Source of the DNA: Gemmatimonadaceae bacterium
GTDB lineage: Bacteria > Gemmatimonadota > Gemmatimonadetes > Gemmatimonadales > Gemmatimonadaceae
Assembly: GCA_051859245.1 (NCBI GenBank)
Contig: JBHYGA010000001.1
Span: 1,213,722 to 1,277,721 of the forward strand
DNA length: 64,000 nt
Reading direction: 5' to 3'
A program made the position numbers and the translations under genes. Below the pieces are notes generated by a model. The model ran no database searches, was not told the DNA's origin, and saw nothing but the letters and a program-made list of their open reading frames with translations. This document shows, piece by piece, positions 49,696-60,210 of this stretch. Every line of letters begins with the position of its first letter. Positions within the stretch are counted from its first letter, which is position 1.

Positions 49696-50142
49696 CTACA
49701 TCCCCCGATCGAACGACTCGCGGCCTGTCCGATTGGGGTACCGCTCGACTAGCGGTTGTGCCGTCGCGTTTTTCACCAACGGCGCGACCTTGGTCCCGAG
49801 GAGTTCGATGGCCTTCATGAGTTTGTGATGAGGAAGCGACGCGACGTTCATCTGAAACGTGTAACGCGAGACACCGCCGAGCACTTCACTATGCCGCAGA
49901 ATCTTGTCGGCAATCTCCTCGGGCTCTCCAACAAGCAAGGCGCCGTGCGGCCCGTTCTGCGCGTCAAATCCTGCGCGCGAAACGGGGCCCCAGCCTCTTT
50001 CCTCGCCGACACTGTCAAAGGCGACCTTGTATCCCGGGAAGAAATCAGCCTCTTCCACCAAGTCGCGGAGCCGATTCGACGGCTCGATGGCTAGCGCAGC
50101 ATAGCTGTACGCGGCAGCGAAACTGTCGATCCCGATTTCCAT
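49696..50142 (-). pseudogene. LLM-class flavin monooxygenase with large internal in-frame deletion
   Basis: N-terminus MEIGIDSFA joined after ~31 aa to the C-terminal region (FFPGY...ERGW...GALLVG...IELLGTKVAP). Confidence 0.75.
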
Positions 50143-50407
50143 GTGAAGGTCGCGCCTCATCTCTGGTGTCGGCACAGCGGCGGAAGTGGTCTGCCTATCG
50201 ATTCCGTCGCGACGTGTGACGGGTGTATCGCCACGATACCGATTTACGTGACGCGCCGTATCGACCCAAACGGGAATCTTGCGCTAGACCGAAGGTGGTA
50301 GAGATCCGCACTTGATTCGAACGCGGACCGGATGATTGGCAGACTCGGCCGAATCACCTACGTCTGTCGACGTACGCGCTTGTGAATGCGCGATTATAGA
50401 TTCGGTG

Positions 50408-51040
50408 ATGCATCTGCCACCGAGCATTCGTGTCCTCACCGTAGATGACCATCCACTAATTCGAAGCGGTCTCGAAGTAGTGCTTGGTAACGAAGCCGAC
50501 ATGCAGTTGGTCGCCGAGGCGTCCAACGGCGAAGAGGCGCTGGAGATGCATCGAGAGCACCAGCCTGACGTCACGCTCATGGATCTTCGGATGCCGGTGA
50601 TGGATGGAGTGGCTGCCATCAAAGCCATCCGAGAGGAATTCCCGTCAGCGCGAATCGTGGCCCTTACCACGTACGAAGGCGACGAGGACGTGCACCGCGC
50701 GCTCGCCGCCGGCGCCGTCGGCTACCTGCTGAAGGACATGCTGCGCACGGATCTGGTCGAGATGATCCGTCGCGTACACAGAGGCTATCGTGCGATACCA
50801 CCCGCCGTCGCAGCGAAGCTTGCGGAGTTCACACCCCGCATCGAGCTCACGCCGAGGGAGCTCGAGGTGCTGCACTGGATGGCGAAGGGGCGCAGCAATC
50901 CGGAAATTGCAGCAACGCTCGGCCGCGCAGAGAGCACCATGAAAGTACACGTGCGAAATATTCTGCAGAAACTCGGAACAGACGATCGGACGGATGCGGT
51001 GATGATCGCGGTACTGCGCGGCATCCTGCATTTGGAGTAG
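50408..51040 (+). CDS. NarL/LuxR-family response regulator
   Basis: VDDHP, LMDLRMP, LTPRELEVL, SNPEIA, KVHVRNILQKL. Confidence 0.93.
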   Translation: MHLPPSIRVLTVDDHPLIRSGLEVVLGNEADMQLVAEASNGEEALEMHREHQPDVTLMDLRMPVMDGVAAIKAIREEFPSARIVALTTYEGDEDVHRALAAGAVGYLLKDMLRTDLVEMIRRVHRGYRAIPPAVAAKLAEFTPRIELTPRELEVLHWMAKGRSNPEIAATLGRAESTMKVHVRNILQKLGTDDRTDAVMIAVLRGILHLE

Positions 51041-51044
51041 CGGC

Positions 51045-54000
51045 TTGCGCAGCGCGGCGCTCAGCGGACTTGGCGGCTCACTGCTGATCGCAGTGGCGTC
51101 GCAGGCCGTGGCGCAGACCGCAGCCCCAATTGATCGGCCACTCGCGCGCTGGCAACACACCACATGGTCGGCCGAATCCGATTTACCGCGTTACGGCGCA
51201 CACTTACCGCTGATAAGTCCCGACGGCTACTTGTGGCTGAGCGCACGCCGGAGCCTGATCCGATTTGATGGCGTGCAGTTCATGGTCTTCGACAGCACGA
51301 CTTCGCCGGCCCTGCGCACCACCAGCGCCGGCGAGTTCTTGCCTTGGGCTGTCGATCGACGTGGCGTCATGTGGATTGTCGGACCCGACGGACAGCTCAT
51401 CGCGTACGAGAACGGAAACCTCCGGATCGTGCTCCCAGCGGGAAGTGCGGTGGCCAGTTCGGTCACGAGTGATAGCGCCGGACGTATCTGGATACGCACG
51501 TCCGAGATGCGCGCAATGCTTGACGGAAAGTTTGTGGAGTCCCCACTCCCGAAGAGCATCGACCCGCGACGGATCAACGTGGTGCGCGCCGATACTGGGC
51601 GTGGTCACTGGGTGGGGACTGATGACGGCCTCCTTCACGTGGTCGACGGAGTCGTCACACGCATCGGCTCGGGTCAGATCAGTCCGATGCTTCAGTCGCG
51701 TGACGGCCGGCTCTGGGCGGTTGGCTCCGGGCTCGGGGGCGGCACCTGGCACTATGATGGCAAGCGATGGACACCGCTCATCTTGCCCGGGGGCACGAAG
51801 CCCGTGTTCGCGCGCTCGGCGCGAGAAGGACCTGACGGTTCTGTATGGATCAGCTCGAACATCGACGGGCTGGTGCGATGGCGGGCCGGGCGCATCGAGC
51901 GCTTTACTGAGGCGGACGGGCTGTCGAGTGACAGGATGTCCGCCGTCGTCGCGTTCGACGAGGACGGCGCCGTCTGGGCGACGACGCAGGAGGGCATTGA
52001 TCGGCTCCGGCCCAGCTCGTTCATGCGAGTGGACTCGCTGATCGAAGGGGCGTCGACCTCGCTGGGCGAGATTGCGACGGATGCCAGCGGCGCGCTTTGG
52101 ATGATCAGTCGCTCGCGGCAGCTGCTTCGGCTCGACTCCGGGCTGGTTCGTCCACGCGGCCTGGCCTGGGAGGCGAGCAGAGTACCCACTCCTGACGTCT
52201 TCGGGGGGAGGTTCGTCGCCCCCTCGCGTGAGGGCGTCTGGCTGCTGACAAGGCCGAATCGGTTGATGCACCGGACGCGCACGGCTATGCGCGTCTACGG
52301 GGCGGCGGGACTGCCGGAGGCCCAGCCCCTCGCCGCTCTTGAAGGTCGCGACGGGGCGCTGTGGTTGGCGTACGGGCCCGAATTCGGTCGGCTTCGAGAC
52401 GGGCGGTACCGAACGGTGGACCGCCCGGACTGCAACTTCCCGGTGGGCGCTCTTCTCAGCTTTGCCGAGGATGCACGCGGTGACATCTGGGCTGCGTGCG
52501 GGAAGCACGGCCCGCTCATGATCATCCGCGGGGATTCGGTGATTGATACCGTCTCTGTCCCCGGTCTCGGCGTTGGCGTGATCAACCGCATTGTTCATGA
52601 AGGTGGCGACACGCTCTGGTTCACCTCGTCGTCCCGTGTGCACCGCATCATTGGTCGACGTGTTGACGCGGTCGACGTCAAGGGAATCAGCTCCGTGCTT
52701 GAGGCGCAGACGCTTGCAGTGCTGGCGCAAGGACAGCTGTGGCTTGCGAGTGTGAATGGCATCGTGCGACTGCCGTTGAAGGCGTTGCACGGCGCGGCCG
52801 ACGGGACTGGTGTGCCCGTACGCGCGGAGTTCCTCGATGCACTGGATGGACTCCCTCGCCCGCGCCTCAATCGGCTCAATCCTCGTGCATTGCACGCCGG
52901 TGCGGATGGTCGAGTCTGGGTTGTCGCCCGCTCCGGGCTCGCGGTGAGTGACGGCTTTGTGCCACCGGGCGTTGCGCGTGCACCCGAAGCGCGTGTGGAT
53001 GAGGTGCGAGTGAACGGTCGCGTCTTTGCGCTCGACGCGCAGGACAACCGCTCTGTCATCGGCCAAACGCTCTCCTCCCGCGATGATCGCCTCGAGATCC
53101 GATTCTCCGCGCCGCACCTCTCGCTCGCGCGTCGAGTGCTCGTGGAGTATCGCCTCGAGGGCGTCGATGCGGACTGGCGCAGCGACTCGCTCACGCGCGT
53201 CGCGCAGTACTCACGCCTAGACCCCGGTGATTACCGCTTTCGCGTGCGCGCTTGGTCGCCGGATGGCAGTCGGTTTGGACAAGAAGCGTTGGTTGATTTT
53301 TCGGTGAAGGCCGTGTGGCATGAGAGTGCGTGGTTCCGTGCCGTGATTCTCTTCGCCGCCACCGCGATTGCCTTCGCGGTAGCGGTCACCTTGCAGCGCC
53401 GCCGCGCCCGCTTCGAGGCCGCCCGCATGCGGCGCGAGTTCGACGCCGTGCTCACGGAGCGCACGCGCATCGCGGGAGAACTTCACGATACGCTTCTCCA
53501 GGGCATCGCTGGCATCACACTCCATCTCGAGGGAGTTCGAGGCAAGCTTCCGCGCGACAGCGCGGTCACTGCTGCGCTCGCGGACATCGTGGGTCGCGCC
53601 GAGCACACGCTACGCGAGGCGCGCGCGATGGTCTGGGATATTCGGTCGGCGCCGGCAACGCCGCGTCCGGTCCACGAGTTGCTGCGCTCGCTGGCGTCTG
53701 AGGTGATTGGTTCGGAGTCGATCATTGTCACGTGCGAACACACCGGCGAGCCGCGATTGCTTGGCAACGAACTCGAGCACGCGATTCTGCGTGTAGCGCG
53801 CGAGGCACTACTGAATGCAGTGAAGCACGCCGAGCCGCGCAGCATCAGCATTGTGCTGCACTACGAACGAGAGCGCGTCACCCTCGAGGTCCGCGACGAC
53901 GGGAAGGGCACCGACGGCGCGCGCTTCAGCGACGCTCGAGCTGAGGGGCACTTTGGTGTGGCGGGGATGCATGAGCGGGCGCGTCGCGCTGGCGGAACAC

Positions 54001-54083
54001 TCACGTTGCATTCGGCGCCCGGACGCGGAACGCAGCTTCGACTCACGCTCCCGTCTCGCCCGTTGAATACGCAACAAGACTAG
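51045..54083 (+). CDS. Sensor histidine kinase (beta-propeller + Y_Y_Y + HisKA_3)
   Basis: DG.LW repeats, YSRLDPGDYRFRVRA, ERTRIAGELHDTLLQ, NAVKHA, DDGKG. Confidence 0.9.
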   Translation: MRSAALSGLGGSLLIAVASQAVAQTAAPIDRPLARWQHTTWSAESDLPRYGAHLPLISPDGYLWLSARRSLIRFDGVQFMVFDSTTSPALRTTSAGEFLPWAVDRRGVMWIVGPDGQLIAYENGNLRIVLPAGSAVASSVTSDSAGRIWIRTSEMRAMLDGKFVESPLPKSIDPRRINVVRADTGRGHWVGTDDGLLHVVDGVVTRIGSGQISPMLQSRDGRLWAVGSGLGGGTWHYDGKRWTPLILPGGTKPVFARSAREGPDGSVWISSNIDGLVRWRAGRIERFTEADGLSSDRMSAVVAFDEDGAVWATTQEGIDRLRPSSFMRVDSLIEGASTSLGEIATDASGALWMISRSRQLLRLDSGLVRPRGLAWEASRVPTPDVFGGRFVAPSREGVWLLTRPNRLMHRTRTAMRVYGAAGLPEAQPLAALEGRDGALWLAYGPEFGRLRDGRYRTVDRPDCNFPVGALLSFAEDARGDIWAACGKHGPLMIIRGDSVIDTVSVPGLGVGVINRIVHEGGDTLWFTSSSRVHRIIGRRVDAVDVKGISSVLEAQTLAVLAQGQLWLASVNGIVRLPLKALHGAADGTGVPVRAEFLDALDGLPRPRLNRLNPRALHAGADGRVWVVARSGLAVSDGFVPPGVARAPEARVDEVRVNGRVFALDAQDNRSVIGQTLSSRDDRLEIRFSAPHLSLARRVLVEYRLEGVDADWRSDSLTRVAQYSRLDPGDYRFRVRAWSPDGSRFGQEALVDFSVKAVWHESAWFRAVILFAATAIAFAVAVTLQRRRARFEAARMRREFDAVLTERTRIAGELHDTLLQGIAGITLHLEGVRGKLPRDSAVTAALADIVGRAEHTLREARAMVWDIRSAPATPRPVHELLRSLASEVIGSESIIVTCEHTGEPRLLGNELEHAILRVAREALLNAVKHAEPRSISIVLHYERERVTLEVRDDGKGTDGARFSDARAEGHFGVAGMHERARRAGGTLTLHSAPGRGTQLRLTLPSRPLNTQQD

Positions 54084-54219
54084 TGCGACGGAAGTAGAGA
54101 AAAACACTTCTAGCGGTCGATTCGGGCGAGCACCGCGAGCCGTAACGGACGCGCACCTGAAGAATGAAGGTTCCGGAGGGTAAACCTTCCCGGGTTTGGT
54201 GGACACGGGGCGCTCGCTC

Positions 54220-54254
54220 GCCGTGATGCCGCGTTGTCGGCGCGGCATCACGGC
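54220..54254. terminator. 14-bp perfect inverted repeat between convergent genes
   Basis: GCCGTGATGCCGCG-N7-CGCGGCATCACGGC. Confidence 0.7.
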
Positions 54255-54263
54255 TAGTGAACA

Positions 54264-55280
54264 TCAGCTCCTCACGAACGCGAGCAGGTCCTCGTTCAGC
54301 CGCGCTTTATGTGTGTCGGTGAGCCCATGCGGCGCGCCCTCGTACACCTTGAGCGTCGCGTTACGCACGAGTTTCGCAGAAGCGTGTGCCGCTGCGCCGA
54401 TTGGTACCACCTGATCATCATCACCGTGCACGATGAGTGTCGGCACATCGAACTTGGCGAGGTCTTCGGTAAAGTCCGTTTCTGAGAACGCCTTGATGCA
54501 GTCGTACGCACTCTTGTGGCCACAGAGCATGCCCTGCATCCAGAACCATTCGGCGGCGCCCGCGGAGACTTTCGCTCCAGGTCGGTTGAAGCCGAAGAAC
54601 GGTCCATTCGCGAGGTCGCGGTAGAGTTGGGCGCGGTCGGCGATTGATGCGGCACGCAGACCGTCGAACACTTCGATCGGCAGGCCACCGGGATTCTTTG
54701 CGGTCTTGAGCATCAGCGGTGGGATCGCAGAGACAAGGACGATTTGGCGCACACGACTCGTGCCGTGGCGTCCGATGTAGCGTGCGACTTCGCCGCCGCC
54801 GGTAGAAAAACCGATGACGGTGATATCGCGGAGGTCGAGTGCTTCGATCAGTTCTGCAAGATCGTCGGCGTAGGTGTCCATCTCATTGCCGTCCCACGGC
54901 TGGCTCGATCGACCATGTCCGCGTCGATCGTGCGCAATGCAGCGGTAGCCGTTCGTCGCCAGGTGCATCATTTGCGCTTCCCAGCTGTCGGAGTTCAACG
55001 GCCATCCGTGACTGAACACTACGGGACGACCTTTGCCCCAGTCCTTGTAGTACATGGTGTTGCCATCGCGAAGCGTCAACGTGTTGCCCGTCAGCAGAGC
55101 CGTGGTGCTCATCGGTGGATTTCCTGTGGTGAGAGAGGGTGTTGGGTGGCGCGGCGAGAGCGTGGTGGAAGCGCTGGCGAGTGCGCCCGGAATTGCGGAC
55201 ACAGCAACTGTGGCCGCGCTCGCCGCGAGGAAGCGGCGGCGCGAGGGCAGCGCACTCGATCGTGCGGAGTCGTGATCCAT
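54264..55280 (-). CDS. Non-heme chloroperoxidase/perhydrolase (alpha/beta hydrolase) with Tat signal
   Basis: [41 protein letters not shown] leader. Confidence 0.92.
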   Translation of the reverse strand: MDHDSARSSALPSRRRFLAASAATVAVSAIPGALASASTTLSPRHPTPSLTTGNPPMSTTALLTGNTLTLRDGNTMYYKDWGKGRPVVFSHGWPLNSDSWEAQMMHLATNGYRCIAHDRRGHGRSSQPWDGNEMDTYADDLAELIEALDLRDITVIGFSTGGGEVARYIGRHGTSRVRQIVLVSAIPPLMLKTAKNPGGLPIEVFDGLRAASIADRAQLYRDLANGPFFGFNRPGAKVSAGAAEWFWMQGMLCGHKSAYDCIKAFSETDFTEDLAKFDVPTLIVHGDDDQVVPIGAAAHASAKLVRNATLKVYEGAPHGLTDTHKARLNEDLLAFVRS

Positions 55281-55515
55281 CGAGTTCTCTCCATCGAGAA
55301 AGTGGTCAGCGATCTATCGTGCATCGGTGACGGTACGTTAGACGGCCTGGCCCGCGCTCGAATCGACCTGACGATGTGTTTTTCCGTTCTCCTTTCGACG
55401 TAGAAAAAGAGCATGCGAATGGGTGCTGCGCGGTCACGAGCGGCGACGGCATTGTGTGTGCACGCTCGGGCTCACCTTCTGCGGCCCACGCACCACACCG
55501 ACAGGAGTCATCACG

Positions 55516-56220
55516 ATGTCAGAATTCAACGGCGTTCAAGCGCTCAGCGAAAAGGGGCTGCTTACACCATCGAACTCGGTGGTCGCCATCATTGATTTGC
55601 AGCCGCAAATGGTCTTTGGTGTGTCGGGGGCAGACCGCCAGGCGATTATTGACGCCAATCTTGTCCTGGCAAAAGCCGCACGCGTGTTTGATGTGCCCAC
55701 GGTGCTCTCCGCCGTTGAGACGACTACGTATAGCGGTCACATCCTCCCGCAGCTGCAAGCGGTGTTTCCCGCGGAGCCTGTGATTGAGCGCACCAGCATG
55801 AACGCGTGGGATGACGAAGCATTCCGTCGTGCAATCTCACAGACTGGTCGTCGCAAAATCGTACTTGCGGGTCTCTGGACTGAGACGTGCGTCGCGTTGC
55901 CAACGATTCAGGCGATTCACGATGATTTCGAGGTCTACGTCGTGGAAGACGCGTGTGGCGATGTGAGCGAGCTGGCGCATCGCAATGCGATGCAGCGCGT
56001 GATTCAGGCGGGCGCCAAGCCGGTCACCGCACTGTCCGTGATGCTGGAGTGGCAGCGTGATTGGGCGTACAAGCGCACGTACGACGCGGTCATGGGAATT
56101 GTTCGTACGCACTGCGGAGCGTACGGCGTTGGGGTGGAATACGCGTACACCATGGTGCATGGGGCGCCGCGTGCCACGTGGCCTGCGTACGAGCCCGGCG
56201 TACACGCCGCCAACGCATAG
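55516..56220 (+). CDS. YcaC-like isochorismatase/cysteine hydrolase
   Basis: IDLQPQM, ERTSMNAWDD, GLWTETC, EWQRDW; RBS AGGAG. Confidence 0.88.
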   Translation: MSEFNGVQALSEKGLLTPSNSVVAIIDLQPQMVFGVSGADRQAIIDANLVLAKAARVFDVPTVLSAVETTTYSGHILPQLQAVFPAEPVIERTSMNAWDDEAFRRAISQTGRRKIVLAGLWTETCVALPTIQAIHDDFEVYVVEDACGDVSELAHRNAMQRVIQAGAKPVTALSVMLEWQRDWAYKRTYDAVMGIVRTHCGAYGVGVEYAYTMVHGAPRATWPAYEPGVHAANA

Positions 56221-56229
56221 GACCGCATC

Positions 56230-58053
56230 ATGACCGCCATCGCCGACCTCGTGCTCACGAACGCGCGCATTCACACGATGCACCCTACGCGCGCGACGGC
56301 AAGCGCGCTTGCTGTTGCCAACGGGCGCATTCTCGCCGCTGGTTCCGCCGCCGACGTGGCGCGGTTTGAGGGTCCCGACACACAGCGCATTGATGCGGGT
56401 GGCCGCACCGTGATCCCGGGCCTGAATGATTCGCACATTCACAGTATTCGCGGCGGCCTCAACTTCAATCTTGAGCTGCGTTGGGACGGTGTGCCGTCGC
56501 TGGCGGACGCGCTTCGGCTGTTGAGAGCGCAGGCGGCACGGACACCTGCAGGGCAGTGGGTGCGTGTGATCGGCGGCTGGAACGAGTTTCAGTTCGCGGA
56601 GCAACGCCCGCCCACACTCGATGAACTCAATCACGCCGCGCCGGAGACGCCTGTCTTCGTGCTGTATCTGTACGGCTACGCGCTGCTGAATCGTGCTGCA
56701 CTGGCTGCGGTGGGCTACACTCGCGACACACCGAATCCGATCGGCGGCGAAATCCAGCGTGACAAAGCCGGGCACCCCACGGGGTTACTCATTGCCAAGC
56801 CCAACGCATCGATCCTGTACGCGACGCTCGCCAAGGCTCCGCGACTTTCATTCGACGACCAGTTGAACTCGTCGCGACATTTCAATCGTGAGCTGAATCG
56901 ACTCGGCGTGACGAGCGTGATCGACGCCGGTGGCGGTTTTCAGAACTATCCCGACGATTACCGTGTCGTTGAGTCGTTGCACCGGTCTGGCGAGCTCACG
57001 GTGCGCGTGGCCTACAATCTCTTCACGCAACGTCCAGCAGACGAACTGGCGGACTTTCAACGCTGGTCCGAGCTGGTGCGACCGGGCGATGGCGACGCGT
57101 TCTACCGGATGAACGGTGCTGGCGAAATGCTGGTGTTCTCTGCCGCAGACTTTGAAGATTTTCTCGAGCCTCGCCCAACCCTTGCACCCATCATGGAACG
57201 TGAGCTGGAACAGGTGGTGCGTCATCTGGCACAGCAGCGATGGCCGTTTCGCCTGCACGCAACGTATGATGAGTCAATCACACGTTTCCTCGACGTGCTT
57301 GAACGCGTGAACCGTGATGTGCCATTCAGCGGACTCCGTTGGTGGTTCGACCACGCCGAGACGATTTCGGTACGCAATCTCGAACGCACGGCGGCCCTCG
57401 GGGGCGGCGTCGCCATTCAACATCGCATGGCGTTCCAGGGCGAGCACTTCATCGCACGTTATGGTGAGCGTGCTGCAGCGGAAGCGCCACCGGTGCGTCG
57501 CATGCTCGAGATGGGATTACCCGTTGGCGCGGGCACTGATGCAACGCGCGTTGCCAGTCACAATCCGTGGGTCGCGTTGTACTGGTTGGTGAGCGGCCGC
57601 ACGGTTGGTGGAACACTGATCCACCCGCTGGCGAAGCGACTGGATCGTGTCGAGGCGCTGCGACTGATGACGCATGGCAGTGCGTGGTTCTCCGGCGAAG
57701 AACACAGCAAGGGAGTACTCGACAGTGGAATGCTCGCGGATTTTGCGGTGCTGTCAGACGATTACTTCAGCGTCCCTGAAGACGAGATCAAGCGCATCGA
57801 GTCGGTGCTCACGGTGCTTGACGGTCGCGTGGTCCATGCGAGTGGACCTTTCGGCCCACTCGCTCCCGATGTCCCCGCGGTGAGTCCGGACTGGTCGCCC
57901 GTTGCGCATCGCGACGCTGAGCATCACCACCACCACCACGATCACCACTTGCAGGACTCGCATCAGCGCCACGCGCACCGCCGGCACGCGCATTCGCACG
58001 GGTTTTCACCAGGCGATCCGTTCGCGTCCGGGTGCAACTGTTTCGTATTCTGA
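56230..58053 (+). CDS. Amidohydrolase_3 (YtcJ/AepA-like) with His-rich tail
   Basis: PGLNDSHIH, RLHATY, DHAE, GTDA, ADFAVL. Confidence 0.9.
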   Translation: MTAIADLVLTNARIHTMHPTRATASALAVANGRILAAGSAADVARFEGPDTQRIDAGGRTVIPGLNDSHIHSIRGGLNFNLELRWDGVPSLADALRLLRAQAARTPAGQWVRVIGGWNEFQFAEQRPPTLDELNHAAPETPVFVLYLYGYALLNRAALAAVGYTRDTPNPIGGEIQRDKAGHPTGLLIAKPNASILYATLAKAPRLSFDDQLNSSRHFNRELNRLGVTSVIDAGGGFQNYPDDYRVVESLHRSGELTVRVAYNLFTQRPADELADFQRWSELVRPGDGDAFYRMNGAGEMLVFSAADFEDFLEPRPTLAPIMERELEQVVRHLAQQRWPFRLHATYDESITRFLDVLERVNRDVPFSGLRWWFDHAETISVRNLERTAALGGGVAIQHRMAFQGEHFIARYGERAAAEAPPVRRMLEMGLPVGAGTDATRVASHNPWVALYWLVSGRTVGGTLIHPLAKRLDRVEALRLMTHGSAWFSGEEHSKGVLDSGMLADFAVLSDDYFSVPEDEIKRIESVLTVLDGRVVHASGPFGPLAPDVPAVSPDWSPVAHRDAEHHHHHHDHHLQDSHQRHAHRRHAHSHGFSPGDPFASGCNCFVF

Positions 58054-58074
58054 CCTCTGCCAGGGATCGCCACC

Positions 58075-58554
58075 ATGCGCCGTACCAAGCACGATCTGCC
58101 CGAAGCAATCCGAAGCGCGAACGTCGAGTTGCTCAATGCGCGACTCGCAGACGCCGTCGACCTGATGATGCAAGCCAAGCAAGCACACTGGACGGTGCGC
58201 GGCCCCGCGTTCATCGCGCAGCACGAATTATTTGACAAGGTGCACGAGTCTGCGCGCGCGCACGCGGACCTGTTGGCCGAACGTGTGTCCCAACTCGGAG
58301 GACTGGCGGAGGGAACAGTGCGCCACGCCGCGAAAAGATCAACACTGCCGCACTATCCGGAGTCGATCTCGGCGTCGCAGGAACACGTTGACGCACTTTC
58401 GTCGGCACTGGCAGCGTTCGCCGCGACGGTTCGCACTGCAATCGATACCACGGCCGAACGCGGAGACGCTGGAACCGCAGACGTCTTCACGGAGATCTCT
58501 CGAGACACGGACCTGATGCTCTGGTTCGTGGAAGCACATCTTGATGCGGACTGA
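58075..58554 (+). CDS. dps: DNA starvation/stationary-phase protection protein
   Basis: KQAHWTVRGPAFIAQHELFD, DLLAER..QLGG, LWFVEAH. Confidence 0.93.
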   Translation: MRRTKHDLPEAIRSANVELLNARLADAVDLMMQAKQAHWTVRGPAFIAQHELFDKVHESARAHADLLAERVSQLGGLAEGTVRHAAKRSTLPHYPESISASQEHVDALSSALAAFAATVRTAIDTTAERGDAGTADVFTEISRDTDLMLWFVEAHLDAD

Positions 58555-60172
58555 TCCAGACCTTCGTGGGGCCGCGAACCCGCGCGTTGCCGAGAGCAGC
58601 GGTTCGGCGCTCCGGCCGTTGCACAGCACTGCGTTTCGCGTGCTTTGGACGGCGACGATCGTCAGTAACGTGGGGGCCTGGATTCACGATGTCGGCGCCG
58701 CGTGGTTGATGACCGAACTCACGTCCTCTCCGCTCATGGTATCACTCGTGCAGACGGCCACCACCTTGCCAGTACTGCTCTTCGCGCTACCGGCAGGCGC
58801 GCTGGCCGACGTATTTGATCGACGACGCGTTCTGATCGCGGCGCAGGTCTGGATGACAGCGGCGGCGGGATCGCTGGCACTGTTGACGTACGCTGGTGGC
58901 ATCACAGCAACCAGCTTGCTGCTGCTCACGGTGGCGATGGGTGTGGGAACCGCGTTGAGCGCGCCGGCGTGGCAATCAATCGTGCCAGAACTTGTGCCAC
59001 CCGGGGAGTTGCCAGCCGCAGTTACGCTTAACAGCGCCGGAATCAATGTCGCGCGCGCCGTCGGCCCCGCGATCGGCGGTGTGCTGATTGCCGCATTCGG
59101 CCCGGCCATTGCATTCCTCGCGAATGCGCTCTCGTTTTTCGGTGTCACCGGTGGGCTACTCTGGTGGCGCCGACCGACGCCTGCAACGTCTCTGCCACGA
59201 GAACAATTGGGTGAGGCGGTTGGGCTCGGCGTTCGCTACGTGCGCAACAATCCGCAGTTGCTTGTCGTGCTCTGGCGAACGATGTCGTTCATCGTGTTCG
59301 GGAGTGCGCTGTGGGCGTTGCTCCCAATCGTGGCGCGCACACAGCTGGGCGCTACCGCTTCCGGGTACGGCGTCCTCCTTGGCGCCATCGGCGTTGGCGC
59401 GCTGCTCGCAACGCCGATTCTTCCGATGCTTCGTGAACGTCTGTCGGCAGACACGCTAGTCGTTCTGGCCACGCTCAGCTACGCCGGAGTGATGATGGTC
59501 GCGGCGCTTGTTGGCGAGTTTGCGATCGTCCTCGGAGCACTCGTGATTGCCGGCGGCGCGTGGCTCGTGCTTCTCGCCACTTTTCAAACTGGTGCGCAAC
59601 TGACTGTGCCGTCGTGGGTGCGCGGGCGTGCACTTGCTTTGTACCTGATGGTGTTCTTCGGCGGTCAGGCGTTCGGCAGTGTCGCCTGGGGATTCTGTGC
59701 GGAACATGCTGGCGTCCCGCTCGCGCTCAGCTTGGCAGCCGTCGGGGCCGCGCTCGCGCTGGTCGTGCAGCGTTGGTTTCCACTCAACGCGCTCAAGCGT
59801 GTCGATCATTCATCGTCGCGGTATTGGCCTGCGCACGACGCGGTACCACTCGATGCGAATGCACGAACAGAACGTCGGGTGTTGGTGACGACGGAATACA
59901 TTGTGCGCGAACAAGAACAGGTCGACTTCACGCGTGCGATGATGCCGTTGCGCCGCGCGCGTCTTCGCAGTGGGGCGCACAGTTGGGAGCTCGCGCAGGA
60001 CATGGCCAACCCTGAACGCTGGCTGGAACTGTTCACCCTATCATCATGGGAAGCGCATCTGCGTCAACATGAGCGTGCGTCTGCCGACGACTGGGACGTG
60101 CGCGTCGCCGCGAGGCGGTTTCATGTCGCAGAGCAGGATCCGGTAGTTACACATCTCCTCATTGCCCGCTAG
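58544..60172 (+). CDS. MFS transporter (MFS_3/DUF894) with soluble C-terminal domain
   Basis: VSNVGAW...AAWLM, GALADVFDRRR, RAVGPAIGG; tail W..HLRQHER. Confidence 0.88.
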   Translation: MRTDPDLRGAANPRVAESSGSALRPLHSTAFRVLWTATIVSNVGAWIHDVGAAWLMTELTSSPLMVSLVQTATTLPVLLFALPAGALADVFDRRRVLIAAQVWMTAAAGSLALLTYAGGITATSLLLLTVAMGVGTALSAPAWQSIVPELVPPGELPAAVTLNSAGINVARAVGPAIGGVLIAAFGPAIAFLANALSFFGVTGGLLWWRRPTPATSLPREQLGEAVGLGVRYVRNNPQLLVVLWRTMSFIVFGSALWALLPIVARTQLGATASGYGVLLGAIGVGALLATPILPMLRERLSADTLVVLATLSYAGVMMVAALVGEFAIVLGALVIAGGAWLVLLATFQTGAQLTVPSWVRGRALALYLMVFFGGQAFGSVAWGFCAEHAGVPLALSLAAVGAALALVVQRWFPLNALKRVDHSSSRYWPAHDAVPLDANARTERRVLVTTEYIVREQEQVDFTRAMMPLRRARLRSGAHSWELAQDMANPERWLELFTLSSWEAHLRQHERASADDWDVRVAARRFHVAEQDPVVTHLLIAR

Positions 60173-60210
60173 TTCCGGTTCCTACGCCACCGATGTTCGA
60201 ATCGGACTCG

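Noticed and set aside
51204..53117. 637-aa minus-strand ORF
   Set aside because: Antisense shadow of the sensor kinase
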